A stretch of DNA of 24,786 nt, taken from NCBI GenBank assembly GCA_001687465.1, contig LVLI01000196.1:186001-210786 (forward strand). Reading direction: 5' to 3'. Each line of letters starts with the position of its first letter. Position 1 is the stretch's first letter. Position numbers and translations under genes: made by a program. Positions 1-12,942 of this stretch are shown piece after piece. Source of the DNA: Halocafeteria seosinensis (lineage: Eukaryota). The notes beneath the pieces were generated by a model. The model saw nothing but the letters and a program-made list of their open reading frames with translations, was not told the DNA's origin and did no database searches.

Positions 1-104
1 AACCAAGTGAATTGAAACGGAAGTACAGTAATCTTTGTTAGTTTCTATAGTTTGTCTCCACACCTGCACGACGCACTAGTAGTGGTCGTCCGTGAGAGGT
101 GTCC

Positions 105-3100
105 ATGCAGCAGGGTCCATTGTACAATTCCACCCCAACCGTAAGCAGCTATTACATACAGAAGGACAAGATGGACGGAACCGATCGAGCTACAAGCTCG
201 TTGCTCATCGACACCACCACCCGATGCCCCAAGAATGGTCCTGGGAACCCGCGGGGGGAGAAAGAGAATGCAACTAAACCGTCATTGCAGGCTTACCGCC
301 AGCCCATTGAGGAGGAAGAGAAAGAGATGATTCATGTGGACGACTCAGTGCGAAATCAAGACCAGAGAGTGTGGTTTTTGGAGGAGTCTATTCAACGGAA
401 ACGCCCTCAAAACGAGGTCGAGCGACTGCAGAAAGTCGGCCAACACATCCGCGGCGGAAAGTCGTTACGTCAGCGTGCAACGGAAGAGAAACGAGATGAA
501 CGGAAACAACCAGCCGTTCCTAAAAACGTTCGTCAGAAAATTGAACGTCCTCCTAGGCGAGCTGATAATTCGGACTCTGAACAACTGCCGGAGGTACACG
601 AACCTTACGAGACCGAAACACTGCAGCTGCTTAGCGACTACGCTCAGGTTAATGAAGCCTCGACTCGGTACCCCACCAGCGCGACCAGTGAAGATGCGAA
701 GAACGCCCCCGGGGACAAACGTCCAGTACCCCCTTCCGCCCCTAAGAACTTAAGACAATGGATAAGTCAATCCACAAGGATGAGATTTGTAGACTCCAGT
801 CAAGGTTTGCCTGCAACCTCTGCAAAACGCACTGGTCCAAACGCTGCTTCAGGTGAGGAACATCAAAACAGTACCAGAGAATCTTCAGTACACACGCAGG
901 AGGTGAGACACACCAAAACAGTAAATCGTCCAAAGTGGAGACGCGGCGCGGACATTCAGAGTCATAACTATGGCTACATTCCTTGGTCTATGTCTCATGC
1001 CCAGCGAGCATTCCTCTACTCGGAGCAAGGATGGTTGAATGGGGTTTCGCAAAAAGAGGATTATACACGTGGTGCACCAAGCCCCTTAAAGTCACTGAAA
1101 CCAGATCATACAGGAGCTGGAATGATGCTGCAGAACCTGGGTGCTGGAGCAGATTTACGGGAGATGGTTAGTGGAGCGTTCGTGGAGGGCTACCATCCCG
1201 AAGACTTACCAATGTACATCCAAGAGGAGTTCGATGACGTTTTCAATGCGGATATTCCATCCAATAAAGTTTTGGAATACGCGGATGAAAATGCGCCTAC
1301 ACCTCATAGCACATCTCAAGGAGCGATGAACGAAATGCCCGCATTTGGGGCCATCAGAAACGATGAGGAAGTGGAAAGTGGACCAGACTCCAAGAGAGAA
1401 GCCTTAGGTCAAGCTGCGGAAAGGTATTTGAAAAGAATAAATGCTGAATATGGATCGTTTTCAAGTAGTGGTACGTGTGCAAGTAGTGTTGTATAGGTGG
1501 TGGTGTTCAGTATGTGCGATGATGATGCGTGACTGAAACCAGCGCTATATCACGAAATGAAACTATCGCAAGCAAGTTTTAAGGGGAGCACGTCAGATGT
1601 GCCGCGTTCTCAAGAATTCTCACTTGCACTGGCTTTGAGCACAATCTGCCAGCTAAAGGAATCATTTGCGCACACAGAGGGATTGGTGGCTTATCTGCTG
1701 ACGTATGTGACAGATGCCATATTTTACAGGAATAACCCGTTCTCTCACCAGGCTCAGACAAAAGCGGCCGGAGAGAGGAGCATCACTTCCTGGAAATGGA
1801 CGTCGCTGCCCCCAAGTCAGGACGACCTTGAGTGGTTAAAGAGGTTAAGAACGGTTACAACCTATTTCATGATGTCTCACCATCTTCTTTCGGAAATCAG
1901 GTGGCATAAGCATCAACGTCAAAGTTGGATCAGTGACAAGTGAGTCGGTTTTTGATTGTTCTACGTTGTGCTTAACAGCACACTCTTATCTTGCCTCGTC
2001 TCGATGCTGCTTCAGCGTGCACTTAGAACAAAAAATTGAGAAGCGTAAAGCTATTTTTAGTGGTGAAATGGAGGCGTGGAAACGAGGACTTCTGGCCATA
2101 ACAATGTACTGTTGGAAGGCGGAAGTCTACACTAACCGTGTCCAACGTCCTAGAGCTGATGCAATTTTTCGTAAATGGTGGACTAGCGATATGAACAAGA
2201 AACGGTATGATAGCCTCGCTAATATGACTGTAATGGCTCAACAGGAACTATGCCTTATTTGTTCTCTGTTGCTGGCACGCAGGCAAGCGTTTCATCGATG
2301 GAGCAATACAATTCAGCAATGGAGATGTTTGAGATTCCAGCAGCAGTTCGACCATCTAAAAAGGAAGGCTGCTAAACTCAGAGAAGAGATAGACTCATAT
2401 TCCTCCAAGGCTGGTTCTCATAGGGAAGAATTATCGGCGCTACACCAGACGGTCGCCACATTGGAGGCGAGAAATTCTAAATTGACTCTGCGGAGAGAAA
2501 TTGCACACAGTTTCCTTACCATCGATTCATTGGATATGCTAACCGCTGAGGCCGCCTCATGGGTATATGCCGGAAGATCTCTTTGCCGGATATTCTTAGA
2601 ACACCTTTCAAGCGTCAGCGGTCTCAATGCAAAGCGGAAGCCTGCTGGAGGAAAACGAAACGCTTTTTATTTTATCGAGGGTGCTGAGACCGACTCCAAC
2701 TTGAATCTTCCGAAACCTCCTTACCGCTTAACGGACCTGTGTCCCGGGGGCGTCGATAGCAGCATTTTAGCTTGCCGACAGAGCGATACAGCGAATACGT
2801 CCATTTTCTCTCTGTCGAAGTACTACAACCATTTCTTGAATAAGGGGAAGCAAATAGGGGCAGGTAACAGTTACGATCCTGGTACGGTCGCTGCCCCTCC
2901 TGGTTGGCCAGGAACGCTGATGCACTCTGTTGTCGACCACCAGCTGCGGAGAAGCATTCGCGAAGCCATACGGAGCGATATCCGAGACCGCGCGAAGCTA
3001 TATCGGGGATATTCAGCGTCGGACAGCGAAAATTTAGCTGACTTTCAACCCATGGATCGTTCGCGGCTGGTGTCCCAAGTGTCCGAAGCACTCACTTACA

Positions 3101-6100
3101 CGGAACCTGAATCGGAAGAAGGAACAGAAGAAATTGCCCGCGGGACTTTGGCCCTAATTTTAGGTGCGGGAGAATATGGCAAATTCGGGAAGTTTTTTCA
3201 CGCCGATGGATCCTTAACCTCTGGTGCGCGCTCTCGACGAGCTCTTTCCTTAGAAGATCTTAAGAGGGAGTTCCAGAAGAAGTTTTACAGGGAGACCATG
3301 GACAACATGTTCTATTGGGCGTATGTTTGGAATGCCCCGTTGGTACACGGACTAATTCAAAGCTTTTCCGACAATGAAAATAATGAGGTGAATATACCAA
3401 AATTCTCGGACAACCTTGTGTATTCGATAAAGCTAAGGGGATCGAACGAAAATTGTTTTTCCAAGGCGTTCAGTGTGCTCTTGAGCGGGCTTTGTCGCGC
3501 TTACGGGGGCATGTCTATGGAAAACGGTTGCCTCCATAAACTGGCACATATGTCAGCCCGTTCTATTTGTGACGTGCTCCATAGTTTGCCCGCTGATGAC
3601 AGTGAAAAGGACGATAACAATGTATTGGAATCTTATTATTCTCTAGTGCTAATAGGTGAATCGGACAAACGGTGCATGCTTGGGATACCGATTCCTCTTT
3701 GGAGGGAGACCGAGAGTACGGATATACAAGCATTACGGCAGCAATACATCCTTTCCCGACATAATCTATCTAAGGCTATATTCGGGAGCATATCCAATAT
3801 TCAGAACACTGTTGGAAAGGAATTAAATAAAGCTGTTGGAGACGATGACAAAAACAGCCCCAGGAAAAGTTTATCTAAAGCCGACGTTCTTTCATCACCC
3901 ATATCGTTTCCATCCGTCTGGAAGACCCATGAGAAACATATACTTCGAAATTCTATAAAGGCGCAACTGCCATTTGTGAATTGGCCGACAATTTCACTTG
4001 AACAATCTTTGGAATGGTGTGCGAACCAAATAGGAAGTGTTTCCCGCGGAACGGTAGAGAAAAATACTCGCGAACAAAAAGAAGAATTCGAGCGCAGGTT
4101 ACTGCGCCTATCGAAGCCGTACATCCACTCATCTGCTTACTTCGCCTTTAGGGCATACGGCCATAGATTTTTCCCGAGAAATGCAAGGACGGGAGTCGCC
4201 GAACGAGCGGTGCTACAGCAGTTACAACTGGCGGCATCGGTTGCTTTCTGTTTGGAACCTGAAGAGGATAGCGTCGATCGTTTCTTCATATCTCAGCTAC
4301 CTAGAAACTCCGAAACGCTTCGTAGCAGGGGCATTCATTACAGTCATTATCTTTCTAAATGCTCTAGAGCCGTAAGGAAAAACTGCTTCTTAGGGTATGA
4401 CGATTCACGGGAGCTAAATACCGCCCTATCCCTGGCTCTTGGAAGCTACGGAGCGAACTGGATGATTGCCACTTTGCTGAGTCATTGGTACAATTCAGAA
4501 GCTAAAGTAGCCAATGATGATGCTACTATAGTAGGACCCATTCCTCAGCAGTGTTTAAGAGCGCAGGGTATGAAAGTGTCCACTGACCAAAATTCTACCA
4601 ACCTGAAAGTTGGTATTGGTCAATGGTTCGTCAAACAATTGTACCTTTGCTTGGAGGGCGCAGAACATGCTGCTGCAGACGCGAGGGCATCAGCCACAGC
4701 CTATCACAAACACCTGGATTATGTGGCTTCCGATTTATGGGAAGACAATCTAAAGGAACTAGACAAACAAGAGGATCACTTTCAAAAGTCTGCACCCGTC
4801 GACAAGGGAAGCCCTGAGCCAAGTTCTTACGTCCAAGCTGCCACCGACGAAGAGGAAATGTTCACCCCTGATGCGGAGAAAGTCAATGATGTTCTTGCTG
4901 TCTGGGGCCTTTGCACTTACTGCCAGGAAAATTCTGACCGGCTTGAGCTAGGGTACGAAGGCCATGGAGACGAATACATGTTGTCCGCCTTACACGCTTC
5001 TGGGGTATTGGAATCGAATGAAATACGCGAAGAGCTTCGCGATGAGTACAAACGTATAGTTTCTACTTTGGAATCATTTGGAACAACACTCCTGTCAGTA
5101 TTCCGCGCCTACGCAGAAACCTCGGCATCTGAACTTAAAATGGATTCTTACTCATTTCTACAGCTCCTTAAGGATGCTAAGATCTTGACGTTTTCGCCGG
5201 GTGCATTTGGGAAAGATAGCGGGAAGCTTTCTCCAGATGATGTAATGTGTCCACAACACAGTGATGAGCGAGGTTCTTCGACTTTACACAAGCCGTCACT
5301 AAGGGCTGCTATTGGGGTGGAGAGAAATCGGCTTTTCTTAAACCCTGCTGAGTTCGGTGAAGCCTTGTTAAGAGTATCTGCAGGGTTAACCCTTAACATG
5401 AATGCTGGGGACGTTAAGAACGTTTACGATCAGATTTATCAGATTGACGACAGAATAGTTGGGAGGAAACAGATGCTGAGAAGAAAACTTTATCTTCCGA
5501 GGAATGAAATTGAAATTGCTGGATTAGCAGATAGCTTACGAGCGATGCTAGAACAAAATGTCCAGGAGCATATAAGTGCGTCTAATCCACATCCACTTCA
5601 GCAAATGCTTAAGACGGCGAAATTTGAAGTGGTATTTTCGAGATTTGGTTCACGCCTTCATGAAGTATTCAAGAGATATTGCTTATGGCAGCAACAAGCG
5701 TTGGAAAAGGCAAAACAGCAAGCTCTAAAAGAGAAGAGAAAAAAGAAGCGTAATCGCCGACCTAACGTGAATGTCGCTAGTTCTAACTACGATGGCTTTG
5801 ATCAAACGGCTGAGAACGAAAGGCAAGGCTCACCTGGAGGGTTTGATGAAGTGGAATTCACGACCGGAGAAGTTGCATCAGCCACTGACGAAGAGATTGA
5901 TACGTCAAAGCTGGTAACTTTGATTGAAAACCGAAAAAACTACGGTGGAGAATGGGCCGTCGAAACATGGCTGAAATTTTGTAGTGATGCCTATATTCTG
6001 AATGATAACGTCTCTGTACTAGATGCAAAAGACATCTTCTACTCAGTAGGCCAAAAGGCTGACGAGGACGACGAGGAGTCCTCTGAAGACTCAGGAGACG

Positions 6101-6390
6101 ACTCGGATGATGAAAGCTCGAGCTGGGGTCATGTGCAGCAAGCTATAGAAGATGAAGAGGAGGAGGAAAAGACAATGTCTTTCGTAGAGTTCAAGGAAGC
6201 TATAGCTACTGTGGCAGCATACATGTACCGAGACCCCCACGCTCCACTGGTGAGCAAGCTTGAGCGGTTCCTGGAAACATACGCTAGCTTGATTTCAGAA
6301 TCCGCCCAATGCATCACGAGAAGGCGGTCTGTGTCCCAGCCGCAAAGCGATGACCCTAGCGAAAGCGACTTCCTATTATTGCTTGACTAG
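105..6390 (+). CDS. Uncharacterised ~2045-aa protein (3 exons: 105-1470, 1543-1939, 2016-6390). Disordered N-terminus, Trp-spaced Sfi1-like helices and coiled coil, C-terminal degenerate EF-hand/p25-alpha-like helices; possibly centriolar or flagellar
   Basis: ORFs 99-1496, 1557-1943 and 1933-6390 join in frame through introns 1471-1542 (GTACGT...ACCAG, 72 bp) and 1940-2015 (GTGAGT...TTCAG, 76 bp). Spliced length is 6138 nt, a multiple of 3. An in-frame TGA at 93 lies upstream of ATG 105. Domain labels come from pattern recognition only (EAWKRG, AIFRKWW, QAFHRW; VFRAYA...MDSYSFLQLLKDAKIL; MSFVEFKEAIATVA). Confidence 0.75.
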
Positions 6391-6478
6391 TACAACACTG
6401 TATAGTGTAATGTACAAGCTGAATTGTATCTGCTACCATAGAATAGCATGAGTGCGTTCCAAGGCGTCATTCCGCCCA

Positions 6479-9400
6479 TCAACGTGATACTCTTAGAGGA
6501 TGTCCCTCAGTGTTAAACACCCACTCGTCTAATGGAACACTTTCGTCATCACTAAAAAGCAAGTATAAATACTTGAAAGTTTCTGCTAGAAGAAAGCTTT
6601 CCATTTTATTCATCAAGTTAGAAGACTCCTGCATAACGAACTCTCGTTTGGCTGAGAGGAATCTGTTACTTCGATAGCATATGCTGGCCGATATATTTTG
6701 TCTGGGTGGACAGCAGCCTGCATTGCATTTGCCAATCTCTTGTATTCTCCGCTGGTGCCACTTCCTGAGTGACATAGCAACTTCACGAGCGTCTTTATTA
6801 ACGTGCAAAGTACTCTTCAGAGCGGAGTAACCTGAATCAAGGAAAGCGTGTTGTTGGATACTCTGGAAAACGTTCCAGCCCCATTCCCTATACACCGGAT
6901 CGTGAGTTACACGCCACAGCACAAACAAAGACTCAACAGTTTCCGGTCGAAGCAAAGAATGTTTTGCATCTTGATGTACAATGATGTCGTCAAGTCCTTG
7001 ATCCTCTGTGGTGGACACATTGTGATTCAGCGAAGAGCAGCTACCACTAAGTAGATCGACTTCTTCTGTAACCATGGTAGACGTTGTTTTGTTGCTTTGT
7101 CGAAAAGTGGCAATCTCTGGAGCTAATCCGGTAGCCGTCTTGTTATATAATTCATAGCACGAGCGCATGAGCAAAGAAGCAACGTCCAGAATCCGCTCCT
7201 TCCCCTCACGCAGACTGCTTATGTTGGAAAAGACGGACCCCTCACCATCTTCAAAAAGAGCCTTCGCATCCCAGGTAAGCTGTCGCAATTGCTCCTGCTC
7301 ATCACTGGATAGTGCTTTGCCGAGGCGCGCTAGATGGAGACTTCCATCGTGGCCAGAAGATTCCTGCCATCTCAAATGGCTCCACAAGGCAAAGAGTGAA
7401 CCATTGACGCTAAATCCTTGTTGCACACCTAATGCCAGCATACCGGGAGCAAAACACACCAAATGATCCATCTTCGGGAGTTGATAGTACACAGTGCTAC
7501 CATTCTTTTCTCCGGCAGTCCTGTTTTCTGTAGACGGTACCAGTTCTCCAATGTAAGCGAGTCCGTTGGGGAATGAGTAGGAGAGCAACTTTGTCAAGAT
7601 CCCATGCAATGAAATATGATACTGGTGTCGAACTAGAGAAAATATATCGCCTGTCTGACTGCCACACAGCGGATCACGTCCCTGAACACAGTCTAAGAAA
7701 TAACGTAATTGGGAAACGTCTGTGAAAGTGGGCTCCGCACCCGTTACCAAGTCCAGTTCGGAATATTGCGCACCAGTGGAGTTGGTAAACAAATGAATCG
7801 CATGAGAAGGCCTTTCCTTCACATTTGCTTCCGGTTTCCCCTTCGCATAGACTTCGGACTTCTTTTTATGCAGAAGGGCCAATTTTAACAGATACTCGTA
7901 TGCGCTGTCACCTCTAGCTCCCAATGTTACTGGAGCCTTCTTATAGAATTCTGCGAATCAAAATCACAGTGACTTTCCTATAGCAAGACACAGCTGACCC
8001 ATCAAGTACCGTACCAGCCGTATCAGGATCAACATAAATGGGCCACAATCCGTACTTCCCGCGCTTATTGTAGAGAATTTTTACCACATTATCTGCCAGT
8101 TCTCGATATGTCGTGTTGCCCTGCGAGGAACGGCTATGTACGTGCAATGCACCAAATTTTAGTATGTAAGCAACCTTACGGAAAGTTCCGACAAACGATG
8201 AAATTCTAACTGTATCGTGGCAACTTCAGACAACGAGCTTGCCCCGTTGACCCACTTGGGATTGAAAGACGTAAGATTCCTCAGATTCAGTGTGCCCATA
8301 GGTAGTCCACTGGCAGTTGAAAACGCTCCTGTCTCAATTATTCTGTTGGCAAGGGTGATCGTGAGATCTAGTAAGACTTCTTTCTGAGACAAATCATACG
8401 CCGACAAAAGACCACCAATAACCCGGATAGTGGTCTCAAACAGGTTCGTGTTAATGTCTGATGTCACGCTGCATAAGAGAAAGGTGAACACAACTTATAT
8501 TCAGTGTCCAGTGACATCGATAGCACGCGTGCTCATACCTGAAATTCTCTCGCAAATAGTTGCACGCAAGTTCAAATTCCTCGAAGTAGCCCATCAAGAA
8601 TAAAGTATCAAGAGAGTCAACCAGGGTGAGGGACATATTGCAAAGAGTCTGCGTCCCATTTTTTGTCAAAGGTTGAAGCTCATCATCGCCGTAAGCAAAG
8701 GACTTGTAAGAGCTCCACGCGTGGTGGAAAGCATTACGAACCGCTTCCTGCCGGGCAAAATTCAAGTCATCTTCATAAGACATCCAAGAATTGGGAAGAT
8801 TGCCAGATTCATAGAGAGTAGATGTTCGTGGCTGAAGTACCCATTCTGTCCCATCAAAGACCCAGTGTTTTCCTAAACCTACGTATTTGTGGTGCGCGAT
8901 TCCCCTGGGTCTCAACCAAGTCTGAGAAGAGAGTACCTGTGGGGGAGTGCTGGAGCCCCGCTCGGCAATCTCCAAGCGCGTACTTTCTACGTGCTGCAAA
9001 CTACGCCGATTCAACAAGTTCATGTAATCGAGGGTGTAATCAAAACTGAAGTACCCCATACTCGTATCGAGGCAAATCTGGTCGGAATCCGAGTACCTCG
9101 GCGAAACAGATACAACAACTTGAGAACTCCCTTGATAAGGATTTCGTGTGGTTGACCTTGCCGGGTTCTTGTTTCCGAGGCCAATATGGTCTCGCACCCA
9201 CTCAACAATCCTCAATGCTTCATCAATGGATTGCTTGGCCTGAGAAGTCTGGTCCTTCTCGTCTTCAGCCTCCAGTTTGACTTTGAGGCCATTGAGTACC
9301 TGGTGTCCGATACCGACCAACTGCTCGGAAGAGACTATTTTATCAAGTTTAGAGCGCGGTACCCAGTGCTCTTTACCTTTTATATCAACAATTCTCCAAG

Positions 9401-10437
9401 CATCTGTCCACGGCTTGTAGGAATCGGCAGCATTAGTACTAGACTCATCCGAAGCATGAAGAGACACCCCAGCGTCCAAGACCAATCTGGTCAGTGCTTC
9501 TGGTTCAAATTGATATAATGTTGCCTCCGCTAGAAACCTCATCAGATGCGATTGAGCGATTGCAGAATTCTTCTGAACGTATGATTGCAGGTCCTGATAG
9601 ACGCTTTGTAAATTATGAAGTTTCTCGGTATACACGTTTCCTGAGTTGTTGAGGCTTTCCACAACCGGGAGTATGGCGCCGAGTACCCTTTCTGTTAGCG
9701 CAGAACACTCCATTACCGCATCTATCTTTTGCCGAGTCCTGGTAGCGTGTAGCGAAGCCATTAACTGGCTGTTCGTATATCTAAGTCTCTTTATCTCGGA
9801 CTGCATCTTCATCTGCTGTTTGTGAAGCTGTTGCATTTGTCGCTGGAGCTCGCTCTGCAGGTAATAATCATTGGAAACAACCACCCATCTCTGCGGGCCA
9901 TGTCCTCTGTTGGAACTGACAGCTTGTTTCACGTACCATCATCGGTTGCTTCGTCTGACAGGATACGGACCCTGTATCGGGGTCAATCGAACACGTATCC
10001 GACTGTGTCAAGAGGCCTGTAGAAGTGTTTCAGAAGGGTCAATCCACTACCCTTGGGCAACCCACTACCATCCCTAATTCCATAGTATTAATTATACAGT
10101 CCACTTGAAAGCCTAACTTACATTCGCGTAGACAAGTAAAATTCGCATGGCCACACCCAACCAGTCGCACTGTCCGTCCAAAATCACATTCACAATAGCC
10201 TGCGACATGCGATGGAACCACATGATCACACCGTATGTCTCCCTGAGGCTTCCTTGACCCATATGGACTGCAGTTCTCCGTAGCACGGAAGGAGACGCAC
10301 GTCATGGGGGTAGCAGGAGCATCCGAAGTAGCCGAGGAACTGGCACCGCGCACTACCTGGAACAGGCACACTACCAGTAACCCCACAAACGTCCATGTCG
10401 ACACGCAACCAGTGCCTCTAACTGATGGAGGGGCCAT
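6479..10437 (-). CDS. Class I alpha-1,2-mannosidase (glycoside hydrolase family 47), ~1192 aa, with signal peptide, Cys-rich module and long N-terminal extension. Exons 10437-10122, 10016-9937, 9854-8539, 8468-8180, 8120-8015, 7950-6479
   Basis: GH47 motifs in the expected order: AFHHAWSSYKSFAYGDDELQP, LTLVDSLDTL, FETTIRVIGGLLSAY, LGARGDSAYEYLLK, MDHLVCF, GLAPE, LRPETVES, MESFLLAETFKYLYLLF, VFNTEGHPL. GT-AG introns 10017-10121, 9855-9936, 8469-8538, 8121-8179 and 7951-8014 all keep frame (3579 nt total). The two 5' exons are less certain than the catalytic exons. Confidence 0.9.
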
Positions 10438-10862
10438 TCCCCTTACTTCCACCCACGCGTACAGCTACATAAGCATCTATAAAAGCAAAATTAACAACGA
10501 CAAGGGTTTGCTATAATAACTGGAAGTACTCAAGCCGGCCGAAACGATAAGGTTTGATTGTTGCATTAAAAAGCCGTGGGCCATAGAAAGTTGGCAACCG
10601 GCACCAGTGGCACAGGTTACGAGTGTTGAAACAAACTTTATGGAAGGAATGGAACTTCCGTGTTAGAAGTAGTGTTATCGAGCTGCCATGATGATCATGG
10701 GGTGGCAACGGTTGCAACTTGGCTTCTTGAGCTGTATTGTACGCACAGCCTTGTACAATTGTACGGTTCGTGCGGTCAGATGCGAGGTGATCAGGAAGGA
10801 TGTGTTACTCCTTTATCAATGCTGGGGAGCTCAAAGGAACTTTTGACATTATCAGGAATGAT

Positions 10863-12436
10863 CTACGAGTAAGGTTTCCGTGACTCTCGACTTGGTAGTG
10901 CAGGGCTGTCTCGAATAGAAATGTTCTCAATTCCAACTGGGGCCGTCATTGCGGGCGCACGAGCAGCGCCAACTCCACCTGGAGAGAACGAACTAGCTTC
11001 AGAAGTTTCCTCGGTGGCAACATCTGCAGTTGCGTATTCCTCCGTGTTCAAAGGGGAATTCTGAAAATTTAGGAATGAAGCATATTTTTCATGGTACTCC
11101 TCCTCTGTTTTCAGTCCCGGTACTTCCCCAAAGAACAGCTCACATCGAAAATGTTTGGGGAAATTCTTGCATGAGACATCTTTATATGCTCCGTCAAGCA
11201 CTGGTTTATCGAAGACGAGAAACTCGTTTCGGATAAACGCCGTGTGCAGCGAGAGCTGAAACATCTGCAATGTCCATTAAAAGCTCCAGTATTGGTGAAA
11301 GTTTGAAGGTTGGCATGTTTCTCACCTTATCATCCTGAACAGCGCTGTCCCAGTCGTAAAACTGAAACCGAACATTGTCCCGCACGTAAATCTCTTGATC
11401 TTCCAAGTACATTTCTATCACACGGTGTTTCTCTTTATAATGGAATAGTTTCTTGCAGTGTTTTCGAAAGTCGTATATCTTAACGTTCCTCATACGCGTC
11501 CTGAATTGCAACGACAAGTTGGTTCGTTGTATTGGCACACCATATCAAGTTGATACTGCCGATACATACGAAGTTACATAAATAAGGAGATATGGATCAC
11601 ATCCACCGCTGATATCGAAATTGGGAACCCCAATCAGTCTAACCTGGAATCGAAAACACATGGATACGAGGCTTTCGCTTTTAATCTCCAACTAAATTCG
11701 TACCCGCAAGAGTTTATACGTCTTAGTGAGCCTCTTCAGAGACTTCACGAGGTTCTTTTTGACCAAATACTCGTAATAGAAAACTGTGCGCTGCTGGCTG
11801 GGAATCGTCACGCCTTTGCCGTTATAAGTGCGTCGTTCTCCGAAAAAATGTAGCGCCTCAGCTGCAGAATAGCAGGCCTTTGAGTGCAAGAGGTAACAGC
11901 AAATAAGAGTTCCCGTCCTCCCTTTTCCCGCCTTGCAGTGTATACCGACCACATTTCTCGTGTCTTTTCTCAGATAGTCATCCACAGAGCGACAAAAGCG
12001 ATGGACAAGCTCCAAAGGAGGAGGGTTGTGATCATCAAATGGAAAACGAGCCACCACTGTGACAGTACCATGGAGTATGCGCTTCAAACACTGAAGTGAC
12101 CAGCAATACCGACAAATCTTACCAGGGAATGTGTTTACGAGTTTATAATCTCTTTCAGAGCATAAATTGTAGATCTTATAGTGCCCAGCATGTCTGCAAT
12201 ATCGTCACATACTTACCAAGGTGAAGAAGCAGCCTGGCCACAAGCCTGTCTTACTTGGACTCGAAGAAGCGTTGCACCTCTGAGCTTGGATTTCTCCATG
12301 CAGCTTCGGTACCAGAGGAGGGGAATCCCATTGCAATGATGCGGTCAGTGATGTAGGACAGATCAAGGTCAAAGCTGTTCTCGTCGTCTACAAAACGACG
12401 CTTCTTTTTGCTCACAAGCCCTCGTAACCCGCGCAT
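10863..12436 (-). CDS. PTEN: PTEN phosphoinositide 3-phosphatase (phosphatase + C2 domain), ~418 aa. Exons 12436-12255, 12193-12123, 12056-11704, 11643-11570, 11500-11326, 11264-10863
   Basis: N-terminal VSKKKRRF...[31 protein letters not shown] (seen only after splicing), FPFDDHNPP, catalytic [18 protein letters not shown]2 segments [12 protein letters not shown] and [12 protein letters not shown]...LDGAYKD. Five GT-AG introns of 60-69 bp; spliced length 1257 nt. Confidence 0.95.
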
Positions 12437-12942
12437 GGCTCCAGACGGGATTGGCGAATGAACTAGAATATGTGGCTACTCCGTAGCAACCTCTAATGAA
12501 CTAAGGAGCAAGATTCAATTACAAAGACAATGGTATCGCTTTCTTAACAAAACAAAACCATAGAGCTCGTATACAACAGTGCAAGTGCTAAGCGGAGCGG
12601 TTGGTGCCACTTGATGGTTAATTGTAAGTTAAGTCAAAATTTGTAACTCAACTTTCCAAGCACTCAAAAGCTGAGCTGAATTAAATAAACGATTCCAGTA
12701 GCATTTCTAACACCAGGTTTTGTTTTGATTGTCTAACTAAAACGTTGTTCATCATTTTACAGAAGCAGCAAGACTGCTTTAAGTAGTACCGACTACTAGA
12801 GGCAACTAGCACTGCAATTCTTCTCAGGGCTACTTTGATAAACAAATAAGCAGCATAACCACTATCATGGCTTCAACCTCATAACTCGTGATGCGCTGTA
12901 GCCTATACGACTGAAAAAAATTAGACTCGCCTAGGGTCATAA

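Noticed and set aside
1471..1542. ATGATGA...CTGA (box C/D-like) in intron 1 of the first gene
   Set aside because: The boxes are only a few nucleotides apart, too close for a snoRNA, and the CTGA probably is the branch site.
10791..10865. Short in-frame coding-like stretch after the PTEN TAG (read-through or extra exon)
   Set aside because: Only a weak in-phase donor (GTTGGA) exists upstream and there is no read-through context; a stop-free run of about 23 codons is expected by chance.
12194..12220. ATACTTACC (U1 snRNA 5' end-like) on +, equal to a perfect GTAAGT donor inside PTEN intron 1 on -
   Set aside because: No U1 stem-loops or Sm site follow. As a donor it would give a 23-nt intron, far below the local size range, and would not keep the PTEN frame.
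12782..12809. Hairpin followed by CTAG, resembling a Helitron 3' end
   Set aside because: The stem is short and AT-rich, CTAG is not followed by T, and no 5' TC end or helicase remnant is evident.
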